The notes: generated by a model not told the origin, from the letters alone. A stretch of 63,919 nucleotides of DNA, filler included, from Thermoplasmatota archaeon (GCA_041623215.1; 3 parts of 3 records of this genome joined end to end with filler, not necessarily neighbours in it), one strand, 5' to 3'. Positions 27,505-38,100 are shown, counted from the whole stretch's first letter. Program-made: numbers and translations.

Positions 27505-29576
27505 GCTGCCTCCCTCCATGTTGACCAGACCGTGGTGCCTCCTCCGGGCGTGCTTTCGATGCCGATTTGGCCGCCGTGTCCTTCAACGATTTTCTTGCAA
27601 ACCGCTAGGCCGAGGCCAGTGCCATCGGACTCTTCGCGGGTTTGCAGCCGTCGAAACATGTCGAAGACGCGTTGCCGATATTCAGATGGGATGCCAGGGC
27701 CATGGTCAATGATTGCCAACCGGCACCAGCCACGACCCGGACGGCCATCGGCCCCCCCTGCCGGCGTCGCCACAACTTCGACCTTGGGCGTTGATGAATT
27801 GCTGAATTTGACGGCATTTGCCAATAGATTTTGGATGACGCGCCCCAGTTGTGCCTCATCAGCCACAACGGATGCTTCAACGATATCTACCTGCACCTGC
27901 GCGTTGGTCCGCGAAATCGCATCCCCCAACCGCTCGAGGGCTTGGGCCACGGCCGCCCGAATCGCCACCGCCACGGCCGGTTGCCGTTCGGCGTCCAACC
28001 GACTGTACGCAAGCAAATCCTCAATCATCGCGGACATGTCATGGCCGCTTCGCGAGGCAAACTCTAGCAACCGCTTAGCCTCGTCATCCAGCCGATTGCC
28101 GTAGCGGTGCTCCAGCATCGAGATGGACGCCGTCACGGTCCGCAACGGCTCCCTGAGGTCGTGACTGGCAACGTAAGCAAAGCGTTCCAGTTCCTGGTTG
28201 CTGCTTCGCAGGCGGCGTTCGACCGCCCGCTGCCGCTCAAGGTCCTCCTCCAACGAGCGGTGAAGCCGTCGGCGCAGTAGGAGCGCGACGCCGATGAAGC
28301 CGGCCGTAAGGGCGAGCAGGACTGCGTAGAGGACAATCCCCTCCTCCGGCAACGGCAGGATGCGCATGGCCGTCCACAGCGGGGTCAAGGTGACCGCAAC
28401 AAGGAACGCCGCATAGACACCCATCAACACCCACAGCGTCCAGCGTGCCTGCGTCAGAACCGGTTCAATCCCGCCCGTTGCCCGCCGCTTGACCACGTCG
28501 GCATTGCGCATTGCCCCCCCGACGGCAAGCGCCGGGCTCGCCAACGCGGCGACCGCCACCGGGGTGAGCCAAAACGCCGCTTCCAGGGAACGCGGCGCGG
28601 CAAAATGAACCGTGTACGTGCCTTCGCCCCCGGATGCGACCACACTCGGAGTCAAGTCCAGCGTCAGGCGGCCGCCGTCCTCGCGCACCTCCAATTGATC
28701 GGCCGGAACGAAGCGCCCCGCCGGGTCCCGTACCGACTCAACGGACCAGGCATTGCTAATTTCCAAGCTTAGGCTACGCCTCGCGTTGCCGACTTCGGGC
28801 GGGGCGACAAAAGCGTCAACCGTGAGACGCTCCCGGGCATCTTCCCGGTCAAGTCCAAAACGATGATCGACGCGCACACTAGATGGCACGGGAATGCCAC
28901 GATATTCCACCGTTGCATCTCGGACGGCGGCACTGAACTCCTGGGAAACCAACGGCGCCAAGACATCGTCACTGAGGCTCAGCCCTCCGTCGCGAAACCA
29001 CCAGCCGAAAGTGAGCGTCGCATTCGGGCCGGAGACGAGATTCGTGGCGGGAACGGTGAAGACCCTGCCGGCCAGGGCCGGGGGGGCCAGCGGGTCATAG
29101 TAAGGCACCTCCGCCACCACCACCCCGTCGCCCGCGTACAAGCGCAGGCTTTGCTCCATGTGGGCCTTGACACCAATGAGGTCATTGGCTTCCAAGATGG
29201 ACCGGTCAGCGTGGAACCGAATATCCGCCTCTTGGGCCCCCGGATGAATCGGCAAGGTCGCTCGCGCCTCCCCACAGGCATTTTCGTCGCCACCTTCGCG
29301 GAACCGGAACCACTCACCATCGTGAGCCACAGTAAATCGGCCTGGTGGGCAGGAATCCTCCCTGGGGTCGGGCGCCACCGGCCCAGACGGCCCCGACAGG
29401 GAGGGGTTCTGGAACACCCATTCCAGTTCTGAGAACGTCACAGGCACGGACACATTCATCCGAACGCTGACGGACGCGGCTTCGCCGGTGCCCTGAGCCA
29501 GCGCAGGCTGAGAAGCAGCCATCATGGCCGCAACCAGCACAATCGTCATGAGGCCTGCCGACCGGACCAGGCGCAC
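27501..29576 (-). CDS. Membrane sensor histidine kinase with large extracellular domain
   Basis: Signal peptide, about 300-aa ectodomain, 3 TM helices. ELERFAYVASHDLREPL, NLLANAVKF, DHGPG, FRRL and GTGLGL. Start is 29576 or 29549. Confidence 0.92.
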   Translation of the reverse strand: MRLVRSAGLMTIVLVAAMMAASQPALAQGTGEAASVSVRMNVSVPVTFSELEWVFQNPSLSGPSGPVAPDPREDSCPPGRFTVAHDGEWFRFREGGDENACGEARATLPIHPGAQEADIRFHADRSILEANDLIGVKAHMEQSLRLYAGDGVVVAEVPYYDPLAPPALAGRVFTVPATNLVSGPNATLTFGWWFRDGGLSLSDDVLAPLVSQEFSAAVRDATVEYRGIPVPSSVRVDHRFGLDREDARERLTVDAFVAPPEVGNARRSLSLEISNAWSVESVRDPAGRFVPADQLEVREDGGRLTLDLTPSVVASGGEGTYTVHFAAPRSLEAAFWLTPVAVAALASPALAVGGAMRNADVVKRRATGGIEPVLTQARWTLWVLMGVYAAFLVAVTLTPLWTAMRILPLPEEGIVLYAVLLALTAGFIGVALLLRRRLHRSLEEDLERQRAVERRLRSSNQELERFAYVASHDLREPLRTVTASISMLEHRYGNRLDDEAKRLLEFASRSGHDMSAMIEDLLAYSRLDAERQPAVAVAIRAAVAQALERLGDAISRTNAQVQVDIVEASVVADEAQLGRVIQNLLANAVKFSNSSTPKVEVVATPAGGADGRPGRGWCRLAIIDHGPGIPSEYRQRVFDMFRRLQTREESDGTGLGLAVCKKIVEGHGGQIGIESTPGGGTTVWSTWREAA

Positions 29577-29685
29577 GCATCACCAGGAGGGCCCGCCCTT
29601 ATACATTTCACCCTCCGGGCGCTAGCAGCCGGTTACCGCACGGCGGCACCCCAGGCCTCATCAAGCCCCTGACCGTCGGCGAGCC

Positions 29686-30012
29686 ATGGTCAGTCCGACA
29701 TGGCTGGAAACGCAGATTCGCGAAGTGGTGTCCGATGCAGACGTGCATGCCACCGACCTGACGGGTGGCGGTGACCACTGGCACGTCGTGGTGGTGGCTG
29801 CGTCCTTTGAGGGCGCGCCGAGCTTTCGACGCCAACGGCCCATTCTGACGCATTTCACCCCTCATTTTGAAACCGGGGCGGTGCATGCCTTGGATCTCAA
29901 GTGTTTGACGCCAGCAGAACTGGAAGGCAAGCATGGCGGAACGCTGCCTGCGCCCTTTGTTCCGCACCAAGCAGGCGAAGGTATGCATCCCCGTGATTGG
30001 CCCTCTAACTAG
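29686..30012 (+). CDS. bolA: BolA/IbaG family protein
   Basis: DLTGGGDHW.V.VVA..FEG...RQR...VHALDLK. Confidence 0.9.
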   Translation: MVSPTWLETQIREVVSDADVHATDLTGGGDHWHVVVVAASFEGAPSFRRQRPILTHFTPHFETGAVHALDLKCLTPAELEGKHGGTLPAPFVPHQAGEGMHPRDWPSN

Positions 30013-30886
30013 CCATTCCCAAGCGGGCCGGCAGCGCGCGCCAGGTGGCTTGCAGTTGGATGTTGTCTCCCATGAGCCCCTGGGTCGTAACAGATGCACA
30101 GGCGATGCCCCCAACAAACGCATCGAACATGCTTCCGGCTGCTGCGTTGCAGTTGGCATCACCAACGAAAACGGACCCGCTCATACGCATGTCCCCGATT
30201 GCCAGCCGCCCGTCAGCAGCCACGTGCCAAGTCCGGCTGGTAACGACACTTTCCCAGTGGGGGACTAGCCCAATGGCACTGATGGTCAACAGGTGGCCGG
30301 TACCGTTACTCACCTGAATGGTGCCCACCACGGACGGGACGCCGCCTGCCGGCGTAACAAATTCAACGACCGCAGCTTCATGCCGCCAGCCGAGAACATT
30401 GAGCACGGCGGCGCGTTCGTTGTCCTGGTCCACGCTTGCAATCTCGTACCAGTGGTGATCAACGGGCTCCATGGTGGCGTCAAGTTTAGGGTCATCCACG
30501 AGGATGCTTAGGGAGAGCCACTGGGCTGGATCCAAACCAGTTGCGCCGCCGCCTTGGGGGCACGAAAAGGCGGTCAAGGCAAGTAGCGCCGTGGCCGTTG
30601 GAACGGCTGCCCCCAGCACGTCCTGCGACCGAGCCGGATGGAAGCCAGGCGGCAGCCAGGCATCGGTAGCAGCCATTTCGGTTGACAAGAGTGCAGCCCC
30701 CATGTGGCAGTCAGCTTCGTCAATGGCCCACGCCGGCAGAACGGCGGGCATTGATTCCGATTCAGTTTGAGCGGATGCTGACCCTGGCGGGTGCACACAA
30801 CCCGATAACAGAATTACGCTCACGCAGAGCACTCTGCCCAGCAACAACATCCGCCCAGAAGCGCGACCCCCTAAAAACTTCACCAA
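30005..30886 (-). CDS. Uncharacterised lipoprotein, paralog of 11383-12222
   Basis: Lipobox LSGC and DCH...WLPPGF...FSC pattern. Start uncertain. Confidence 0.65.
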   Translation of the reverse strand: MVKFLGGRASGRMLLLGRVLCVSVILLSGCVHPPGSASAQTESESMPAVLPAWAIDEADCHMGAALLSTEMAATDAWLPPGFHPARSQDVLGAAVPTATALLALTAFSCPQGGGATGLDPAQWLSLSILVDDPKLDATMEPVDHHWYEIASVDQDNERAAVLNVLGWRHEAAVVEFVTPAGGVPSVVGTIQVSNGTGHLLTISAIGLVPHWESVVTSRTWHVAADGRLAIGDMRMSGSVFVGDANCNAAAGSMFDAFVGGIACASVTTQGLMGDNIQLQATWRALPARLGMAS

Positions 30887-30917
30887 GGTTCATGTCCGCG
30901 TAGGGTTGCCAAGCGCC

Positions 30918-31292
30918 ATGGAACTACCTGTAGCCGGCGCACCCGGCGCCGCTGACTCAAGCACCACGCCGGCACTGACTGCGGAGCAGCGCAAAGAATG
31001 GGACGACCTCATCGCTGCCAATGACCTCGTGCTGTTCATGAAGGGCGACCCGGATGCTCCCCAATGTGGTTTCAGTGCCCGCGCCGCGCAAGTGCTCCAG
31101 CACCTCGGGCATCCCTTTGTTCATGTCAATGTGTTTGGCACCGACGACCCCTTTCGCACCATTCGCGCCGTTGCAGAATGGGCCCAATTCCCGACCCTGC
31201 CGCAAGTGTGGGTCAAGGGCGAGCTGATTGGCGGCAGCGACATCGCCTTGGAAATGCTAGAGTCGGGCGAACTGAAGCAAATGCTGGACTAG
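30918..31292 (+). CDS. grxD: Monothiol CGFS glutaredoxin
   Basis: LFMKG.P.APQCGFS and PTLPQVWVKGELIGGSD. Confidence 0.93.
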   Translation: MELPVAGAPGAADSSTTPALTAEQRKEWDDLIAANDLVLFMKGDPDAPQCGFSARAAQVLQHLGHPFVHVNVFGTDDPFRTIRAVAEWAQFPTLPQVWVKGELIGGSDIALEMLESGELKQMLD

Positions 31293-31332
31293 GGCCGAGC
31301 CCGGCGGGCGCCGTTCCAGCGACCCACCTGTT

Positions 31333-32679
31333 TCACCCGTTGCGAAATACTTCCGGCCCAAAATCTAGGTCGCCAGGCGCTGAGCGAACGAACCGGTTGA
31401 CGAGCTCTTGTCCATCGGGCCGGGCCGCGTAGGCCACAACGAGGTCTCCATCGGGCGTTTGTCGCAGTTGGAGAAAGTCGCCCAAATTGCGACCAAACGT
31501 GCCCTCCAGCACGGGGGCTGGGTCGGCGACCACAGTGGTCCAGGTCGGGGTGCCTGCGTGGCCGTCCGTCGTGTAGGTAATCTTGAGATGCCATACCGCT
31601 TTTCGCTCTTCGTTGTTCCGAGTCACATTGTCGGCGGCGTAGTAGGCAAGGGCCACCACGCCCTGCTTTCCTGCAACCAGCCATGGCTTGTCCACGAGTC
31701 CAGATTCCGGGGTGATTGTGCCGAGCGGTCGAATCTCCCCGTCCGGTTCGATGGCAACCACGCTGATGGCGGTGTTGTCGCCCCTGGGCCCCGCGTCGTG
31801 CGTGATGGGGACGTACGTTGTCCCCGCAGCATCAGCGGCCGGCTGCATGTACGCCTCCGTTGCATCCGCGTTACCCGGCAAGGGCAGGTCGAGGCGCTCG
31901 CCCCACGTGCGGCCACCATCGAGGCTAATCCAGGCTGCCGGATTTTCCATGCATCCTCCCATGATGAGATGGTCGCGGACAGGTCCTTGACCGAGTGCCA
32001 TGAGTCCGCACGGGAATTCCATCCCACCTGGCAGGTCCCACGTGAGGCCCCCGTCGTCGCTGCGATAGAAGTACTCACGCAGGCCCGCATTGTAGGCAAT
32101 GAAGACTTGGTCCTCCGCACCCGCTCGAACCCACGGCCGGTCCACGATTGGAGGGAAGGCGTCGGCCTTCGTATGGACATGGTCGCCCGCACCCGTGTAC
32201 TTGGTAATGTACGCCGTGGCCGCGCTGATGTCGAAGAAGTAGACGTTGCCGGCGTCATCGATGGCAAAATCACCCTCGATGCCAAAGGCGTCACGCGTCG
32301 CCCCGGTGCCGTCCGCAAACGGCATCGGCTCGAAGGTCAATCCTCCGTCAAAGCTGCGCCAAATGGGTGGCGACTGGCCAATGCAGCAGACCGCCGAATA
32401 CCAAATGGTACCGTCGCCGGCAACTTCCAATTGAGGTTCGCCAAAGGACCCGCAATGGGCCCCTGGCCGCAGCACGCCAGTAACGGTGAAATGCGGGTCC
32501 TCTGGACAAATGAGATCCACCGGCGGAAGGAAGGCGAGCAACGACACCGCGTCGTCGCCGTCTTGTCGTTCTTGGCCACCTTGCTCGGGGCCTCCTAGGC
32601 AGCCGGCCAGGGTGAGTGCCCCGAGCGCCAAGACGGCGACGCTGGCGTTACGATACAAGAGGGAGGTGCGGCGCGCCAC
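31333..32679 (-). CDS. BNR/Asp-box beta-propeller (sialidase-like) lipoprotein
   Basis: LAGC. Asp-boxes SFDGGLTF, SDDGGLTW and SLDGGRTW. DRPW/DKPW and GDFL motifs. Confidence 0.8.
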   Translation of the reverse strand: MARRTSLLYRNASVAVLALGALTLAGCLGGPEQGGQERQDGDDAVSLLAFLPPVDLICPEDPHFTVTGVLRPGAHCGSFGEPQLEVAGDGTIWYSAVCCIGQSPPIWRSFDGGLTFEPMPFADGTGATRDAFGIEGDFAIDDAGNVYFFDISAATAYITKYTGAGDHVHTKADAFPPIVDRPWVRAGAEDQVFIAYNAGLREYFYRSDDGGLTWDLPGGMEFPCGLMALGQGPVRDHLIMGGCMENPAAWISLDGGRTWGERLDLPLPGNADATEAYMQPAADAAGTTYVPITHDAGPRGDNTAISVVAIEPDGEIRPLGTITPESGLVDKPWLVAGKQGVVALAYYAADNVTRNNEERKAVWHLKITYTTDGHAGTPTWTTVVADPAPVLEGTFGRNLGDFLQLRQTPDGDLVVAYAARPDGQELVNRFVRSAPGDLDFGPEVFRNG

Positions 32680-32766
32680 GGACGGGGACCGGCCGGCCGG
32701 TTGAAACCTGTTGGCCTAGCAGGAGGCGAGCAAAACCGCCTTGAACAGATGCCTCCGTGGGCCCGC

Positions 32767-34791
32767 GTGGCCGGCCGCTCGTTTGTTCCCTACATTGGTC
32801 CCGAGAGGGACCTGCGTGAAATCACCATCAAGGGCGTCATTCTCGGCATCGTGCTGTCGGTCATTTTGTCCGCCGCCAACACCTACCTGGGGCTTCGGGT
32901 TGGCCTGACGGTTTCGGCAAGCATCCCCGCGGCGGTCATCAGCATGGCCGTGCTACGAGCGTTTCGTAACCGCAACATCCTCGAAAACAACGCGGTGCAA
33001 ACGGCCGCCAGCGCAGGTGAATCACTCGCGGCAGGGGTTCTCTTCACGATCCCCGCCCTGCTGCTACTCGGCTACTGGTCGGAAGTGGACTATTGGACCA
33101 CGACGCTGGTGGCGCTGGCAGGCGGCGTGCTTGGTGTGCTGTTCACGGTGCCCTTGCGCCGCGCCCTCATCGTCGAAGCCGAGTTGAATTTCCCCGAAGG
33201 TGTAGCCACAGCGGAAGTGCTGAAGGCGGGCGAATCGGCCGACCATGTTGCGGCGGCTGAAAGTGGCCATGACCGTGATCAACGGACAGCTACGCCTGGC
33301 GGCTCCGGCATCGGCGCCCTGGTCATCGGTACCGTGGCCGGCCTGGCGTTCAAGTTCATGGAATCGGGCCTCGAATTGTGGAAGGCCACGGCCGAGAAGG
33401 GGCGACGCTTTGGCGACCAAGGCGTGGCAAGCTTTGGCCTCGACATGAGCCCCGCCTTGTTGGCGGTGGGCTACATCGTCGGCATCCGCGTTGCGGTCTT
33501 GGTTTTCGCCGGGGGCGTGATGGGCTACCTCATCGCGATTCCCATCTATTCCATGGTCACGTCCTCAACGCTCATCACGCTGGCCAGCGGAGACATCTTC
33601 AATTTCGCCCTCGCGGACCCAGAAACAGCGGCCGGCGTCATCTGGAGCACCCGGGTGCGCTACATCGGCGCCGGTGCCATGCTGATCGGAGGATTGTGGA
33701 GTTTGCTCAAGCTCCGCGGACCGCTGGTGCAGGCACTTCGCACCAGCCTCAACATGGGTAGCCCATCGGCGGCGGACGGCCAGGCGGTGCCTCGCACCGA
33801 GCAAGAGCTTGGCATTCGTGCAACGTTTCTGGGCGTGCTCGGGATGGTAATCCCCATCATGGCCCTGTACTACTTCGTCACCAAGTCGTTCCTCGTGGCC
33901 GGCGTGCTTGGCCTCATCATGGTCGTCACCGGTTTCCTGTTTTCAGCCATTGGCGGGTACATGGCGGGGATTGTGGGCAGCAGCAACAATCCCATTAGCG
34001 GGGTCACCATTCTCACGGTTTTGGCGGCCGCGTTCAGCCTGAAGCTTCTCGGTGTTGACTCGACACTTGGACCCGCTGCAACCATCCTCGTCGCCGCCGT
34101 CATCGCTTGCGCGGGCGCCATCGCCAGTGACAACATGCAGGACCTCAAAGCCGGCTACCTGCTGGGTGCCACGCCGCGGCGCCAGCAAGTGATGCAGATT
34201 GTGGGTGTGACCGCGGCTGCCTTCGCCGTCGGCCCGGTGCTTGACCTCTTGCACAAGGCCTACACAATTGGCAGCCCCGAATTGGTCGCGCCGCAAGCAG
34301 GCCTCATGCAGAGCATCGCCGATGGCGTCTTCAACGGCGGTCTCCAAACGACCATGTTTGCCATTGGCAGCGCCATCGCGGTAGCCCTCATCATCTTGGA
34401 TGAAGTGCTTGCATCGCGAGGCGCCTCATTCCGGACGCCCCCCATGCCCGTGGCCGTCGGCATCTACTTGCCCGTCGGATTGTCGTCGCCAATCTTCCTT
34501 GGCGGCTTGCTTGCTTGGTGGGCCGCCCGCCGCCTTGCTCGCAAAGAGGCCCCCGAAGGCGCACGCACTGCGGGCCTGCGAGCCGGTGTGCTGATGTCAT
34601 CCGGGCTCATCGCCGGTGAGGCGCTGGTGGGCATTGCCATTGCCGGCATCATCGTGGCCGGCGGCGGCGAGAACCCACTCGCGTTGTCTGATGGCAGCAT
34701 GACCTGGCCGGGCCTGCTCTTGTTCGGCTACGTGGCGCTCGTACTATGGCACGTCATCCAGCGACCAAACATGTTGGCCAAGGCGACGTAG
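32767..34791 (+). CDS. OPT family oligopeptide transporter
   Basis: YLGLRVGLT..SIPAAVIS, LENN, FPEGVATAEVL, GSSNNPISG and QDLKAG. Alternative start 32749. Confidence 0.95.
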   Translation: MAGRSFVPYIGPERDLREITIKGVILGIVLSVILSAANTYLGLRVGLTVSASIPAAVISMAVLRAFRNRNILENNAVQTAASAGESLAAGVLFTIPALLLLGYWSEVDYWTTTLVALAGGVLGVLFTVPLRRALIVEAELNFPEGVATAEVLKAGESADHVAAAESGHDRDQRTATPGGSGIGALVIGTVAGLAFKFMESGLELWKATAEKGRRFGDQGVASFGLDMSPALLAVGYIVGIRVAVLVFAGGVMGYLIAIPIYSMVTSSTLITLASGDIFNFALADPETAAGVIWSTRVRYIGAGAMLIGGLWSLLKLRGPLVQALRTSLNMGSPSAADGQAVPRTEQELGIRATFLGVLGMVIPIMALYYFVTKSFLVAGVLGLIMVVTGFLFSAIGGYMAGIVGSSNNPISGVTILTVLAAAFSLKLLGVDSTLGPAATILVAAVIACAGAIASDNMQDLKAGYLLGATPRRQQVMQIVGVTAAAFAVGPVLDLLHKAYTIGSPELVAPQAGLMQSIADGVFNGGLQTTMFAIGSAIAVALIILDEVLASRGASFRTPPMPVAVGIYLPVGLSSPIFLGGLLAWWAARRLARKEAPEGARTAGLRAGVLMSSGLIAGEALVGIAIAGIIVAGGGENPLALSDGSMTWPGLLLFGYVALVLWHVIQRPNMLAKAT

Positions 34792-34792
34792 C

Positions 34793-35125
34793 ATGCGGCG
34801 CATCCGCGACCTATCCGACCGCGTGGTTCGCCCCCACCCCCGAGTTGAATCTCGAGAACTGGCAGATGGACGGGTGCAACTTACCAAACCCAAGGGTGGC
34901 GCAGTCGTCCAATCACTGCTGCGATCCCTCGGCCTCAGGACCACGTTGTCCGTCACCTTGGACCCCATTGGATCCGCCGTATGGCGTCTTCTCGATGGCC
35001 GCCGCACTGCGGATGTTCTCGATGCCCTGGGCCGCCTCTACCCGGACGAATGGGGGCTAGCTGAGCGCCTCGGCGAACACCTGGGAACCTTGGTGCATAA
35101 CCGGCTCGCCCACGTCCTTCGATAG
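34793..35125 (+). CDS. PqqD-like (RRE/winged-helix) small protein
   Basis: LDPIGSAVWRLLDGRRT pattern. Starts 1 nt after the OPT stop codon. Confidence 0.7.
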   Translation: MRRIRDLSDRVVRPHPRVESRELADGRVQLTKPKGGAVVQSLLRSLGLRTTLSVTLDPIGSAVWRLLDGRRTADVLDALGRLYPDEWGLAERLGEHLGTLVHNRLAHVLR

Positions 35126-35183
35126 CCCAGGACCTCCGAAGCAGTGAATTCCGGCTGCCCGAGGATTAAAGTGTCCAAGCCCC

Positions 35184-38100
35184 TTGGCACTCCCGGTGGT
35201 ATCCATCAATCTTCGTAACGTGGTATGCGTAAGCGCGGCCCTCGTGGTCGTTTTCAGTCTGGCCCCCGGCCTTGTTGGCAGCGCTCAGGACCCAAGCGAA
35301 CCAGCGAGCAATGTGCTTCTCGACGGCTCATTTGAAGCTGGCTCTGGCTATGCGCTCCAATACCCAGGCGCCGAGGCCAGCACTGACCAAGCGGCCGATG
35401 GGACCACCAGCATCAACCTAGCCAAGTCGGGTGCAAGCCCGCAGGCGTGGTCGGCGCTTGGCAATGTCCGCATGGATGCAACCCACGATGTTCCCTTTAG
35501 CACGATACAAGGCTTCGACCTTCAGTACAACGTGCCTGACCCGATTGGCAACAATCGACTCATCGAGTTCCAAGGCTACTTCTCCATTGACATGGACGAC
35601 GATGGGAATGCTGATTTCCACGCGGCCCAGGAACTTGCAGACCTCGGCGGACCCCTGGCGCAAACTGCCGGCTGGACGCCGCATCTTGTCGGGCTAAGCC
35701 ATCTCTTCAATGTCTGCACGGCAGACTGGAGCGCGTGCCAACAGGCGACCTTGGAAGAGGCAACCGACTTGTATGGCAGCGGCACCATCAGCGGCCTTGC
35801 AATTCAGACCTACGTCAAGGGCAACCAAGACGCGTGGGCTGAATCCCCGGTGTACGTTGACTCCGTCCGATTGCTTGCCTTCCAAGGCCCCATCGTCATT
35901 TGGCCCGCCGAGAGCAATCTTTGCGATGGCGCTTCCTTCAACACGATTCAGGCGGCATCGGGCTGTGCTGCTCCGGGGGCCTCCATCGCCGTCCCACCAG
36001 GAACCTACGCTGGAACGGTGGTCATCGCCGAAGATGACATCACACTGATGGGCACCACGGGCAACCCCAATGACGTCGTTCTGGACGCTGGAAGCAACGA
36101 CCACGGCATTCTGGTCGACGGCGTCAATGGCTTCACGCTTCGCGACATGACGGTTCTGGCCACGGGCGGCGCCCCCCAAGGTACGGGCAACGGTGAGCCC
36201 TATGGGGTGCGCGTATCGTACGGCGCATCTCATGGCCTGACCATTGACAACGCGGTCGTTGCCGGGGGTAAGACGGGCGTCGGCATCATCGGCGACGATG
36301 CAGATGGCGTCTTCGAGGGCGTAACCATCACCGACAGCCACGTGACTTCGACCAGCACGACCACGGGCGGCGCGCTCACCATGGACGGCTTCCAGGATGT
36401 TAGCGTCACGAACTCCGTGCTGGAGGGCGGCTACGCGAATGTCTTGATGGGCGACGGTGGCGGTGACGGCGTGGTGTTCCATGACAATGTGTTCACGGGC
36501 GCTGGAACCAACACCATCTACGTTTACACCATGACTGGCAAAGCGATGGATTTCCGATTCAACGACTGGGGATTCTACGACCCAGCGTCGATTGCAGGTT
36601 CAGTCCAGGACAATGGCAACGACCTAGACACGACGTGCTTTGCCGACGGCGGTGGCGGATATCTCGATTGCATTGATCCCAATGCCCCGGCCCGCGTCGT
36701 CTCAACCCTCCGGAGCTACTACACAATCTCGGATGCCCTGGCGGCCGCCAGTGCTGGCGACACCATTGCCATCTTGACCGGCACCGGTGTGCAGGAAACA
36801 TTGGCGATCGGCCACAGCAGCTTGACCCTGTGCCAAGGCAACGCCGCTATGACCGCTTGCGGCAGCGACCCCGACGATGTCATCATTGATGGCAGCGGGA
36901 ACGCGCCATTCACCCTTGAGGTAAATGCCCCCGATGTGACCATTGAGGGCGTGACCATCCAGAATTCCGGACTAACCGGGTACGGCGGCGGCATCCGCGT
37001 CAACAGCCAAACCGGTTTTGAGGCGCACAACGTCAAACTCCTTGGCAACCTAGACGACCCCAACAACTACCAAAACGGCGCACCCCAGGGCCAGCAATTT
37101 GGCATCGTCCTGGCAGGGGCTAGCACCGGCTACCAAATTGGCAGCCTCAATGCAGCCGATGAAAACGAAATCCGCGATTGGAGCCATGCCGGCGTCCTGG
37201 CAGGCGGTGGCACCATTGGCCAAATCCAAGGAACCTCATTCGTAGGTGAGATGCGAAGCGGCATCCTCTCGCAAGCACAAAGCCCCGGTTCGCTCATCGA
37301 AGGCAACTCGTTCCAGTTCCAGGGCATCCGCGGGATGAATCTGGAAAACGCCAACGGAGTTACCGTGCGCGGCAACGACTTCCTGATTTCCTTCATCCCG
37401 GCTCCCCAACTGGGCGGCGGCACGGGCATCTACATGCAGGATGGGCAAGACCACGTCGTGGCGGACAACACGTTTGTCCTGCAATCAGGCTCCGCGATCA
37501 GCTTCGATTGGATTGAAGGCAGCCAATCAGGGGACCTTCCCCAAGGCGTCGTCGTACAGGAAAACACGTTTGACTTGCCAAGTGGCGTCTGGGCTCTCTT
37601 CCTTGATGGCGCGTCTGCAGCGCCATCAATCGATGCACGCTTCAACCACTGGGGCGCCTTCCGCAACGACACCATCCACTCCACCCGGATTAGTGGACCT
37701 TCGGCCAACGTGGACGTAGGTTGCTTCTACGCGATTGACGGCGCGGACCAATTGTGCCCGCCTTTAGTCAACTTTGGCTATCAAGCGGTAGCTCAGAACG
37801 ATTGGCCCAAGACGGTGTTCTTCCAAGACCAGACATCCTACCCCGACAGCAGCATGGTCTCCCGAGAGTGGACGTTCTTGCATGACGGATCTACCAGCGA
37901 TGTCGCTGGCCCAGACAAGCGATACTACGAAGCTGGCCTGTATGATGTTCGCCTGGACATCGTGGACAGCCTCGGCTACCGCATGCAGGAAACCAAATCC
38001 ATCGCGGTGCTGGCTGATCAATATCGGTTCAGCCTAACGCCCAATTTCCAAGGATTGCAGGATGTTTCGCCGGGCCAGAACGTGACCTTTGCGGCCGTGG

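Noticed and set aside
34793..35125. PQQ or RiPP biosynthetic cluster
   Set aside because: No pqqABCE, radical SAM or YcaO enzyme, or precursor peptide is nearby.
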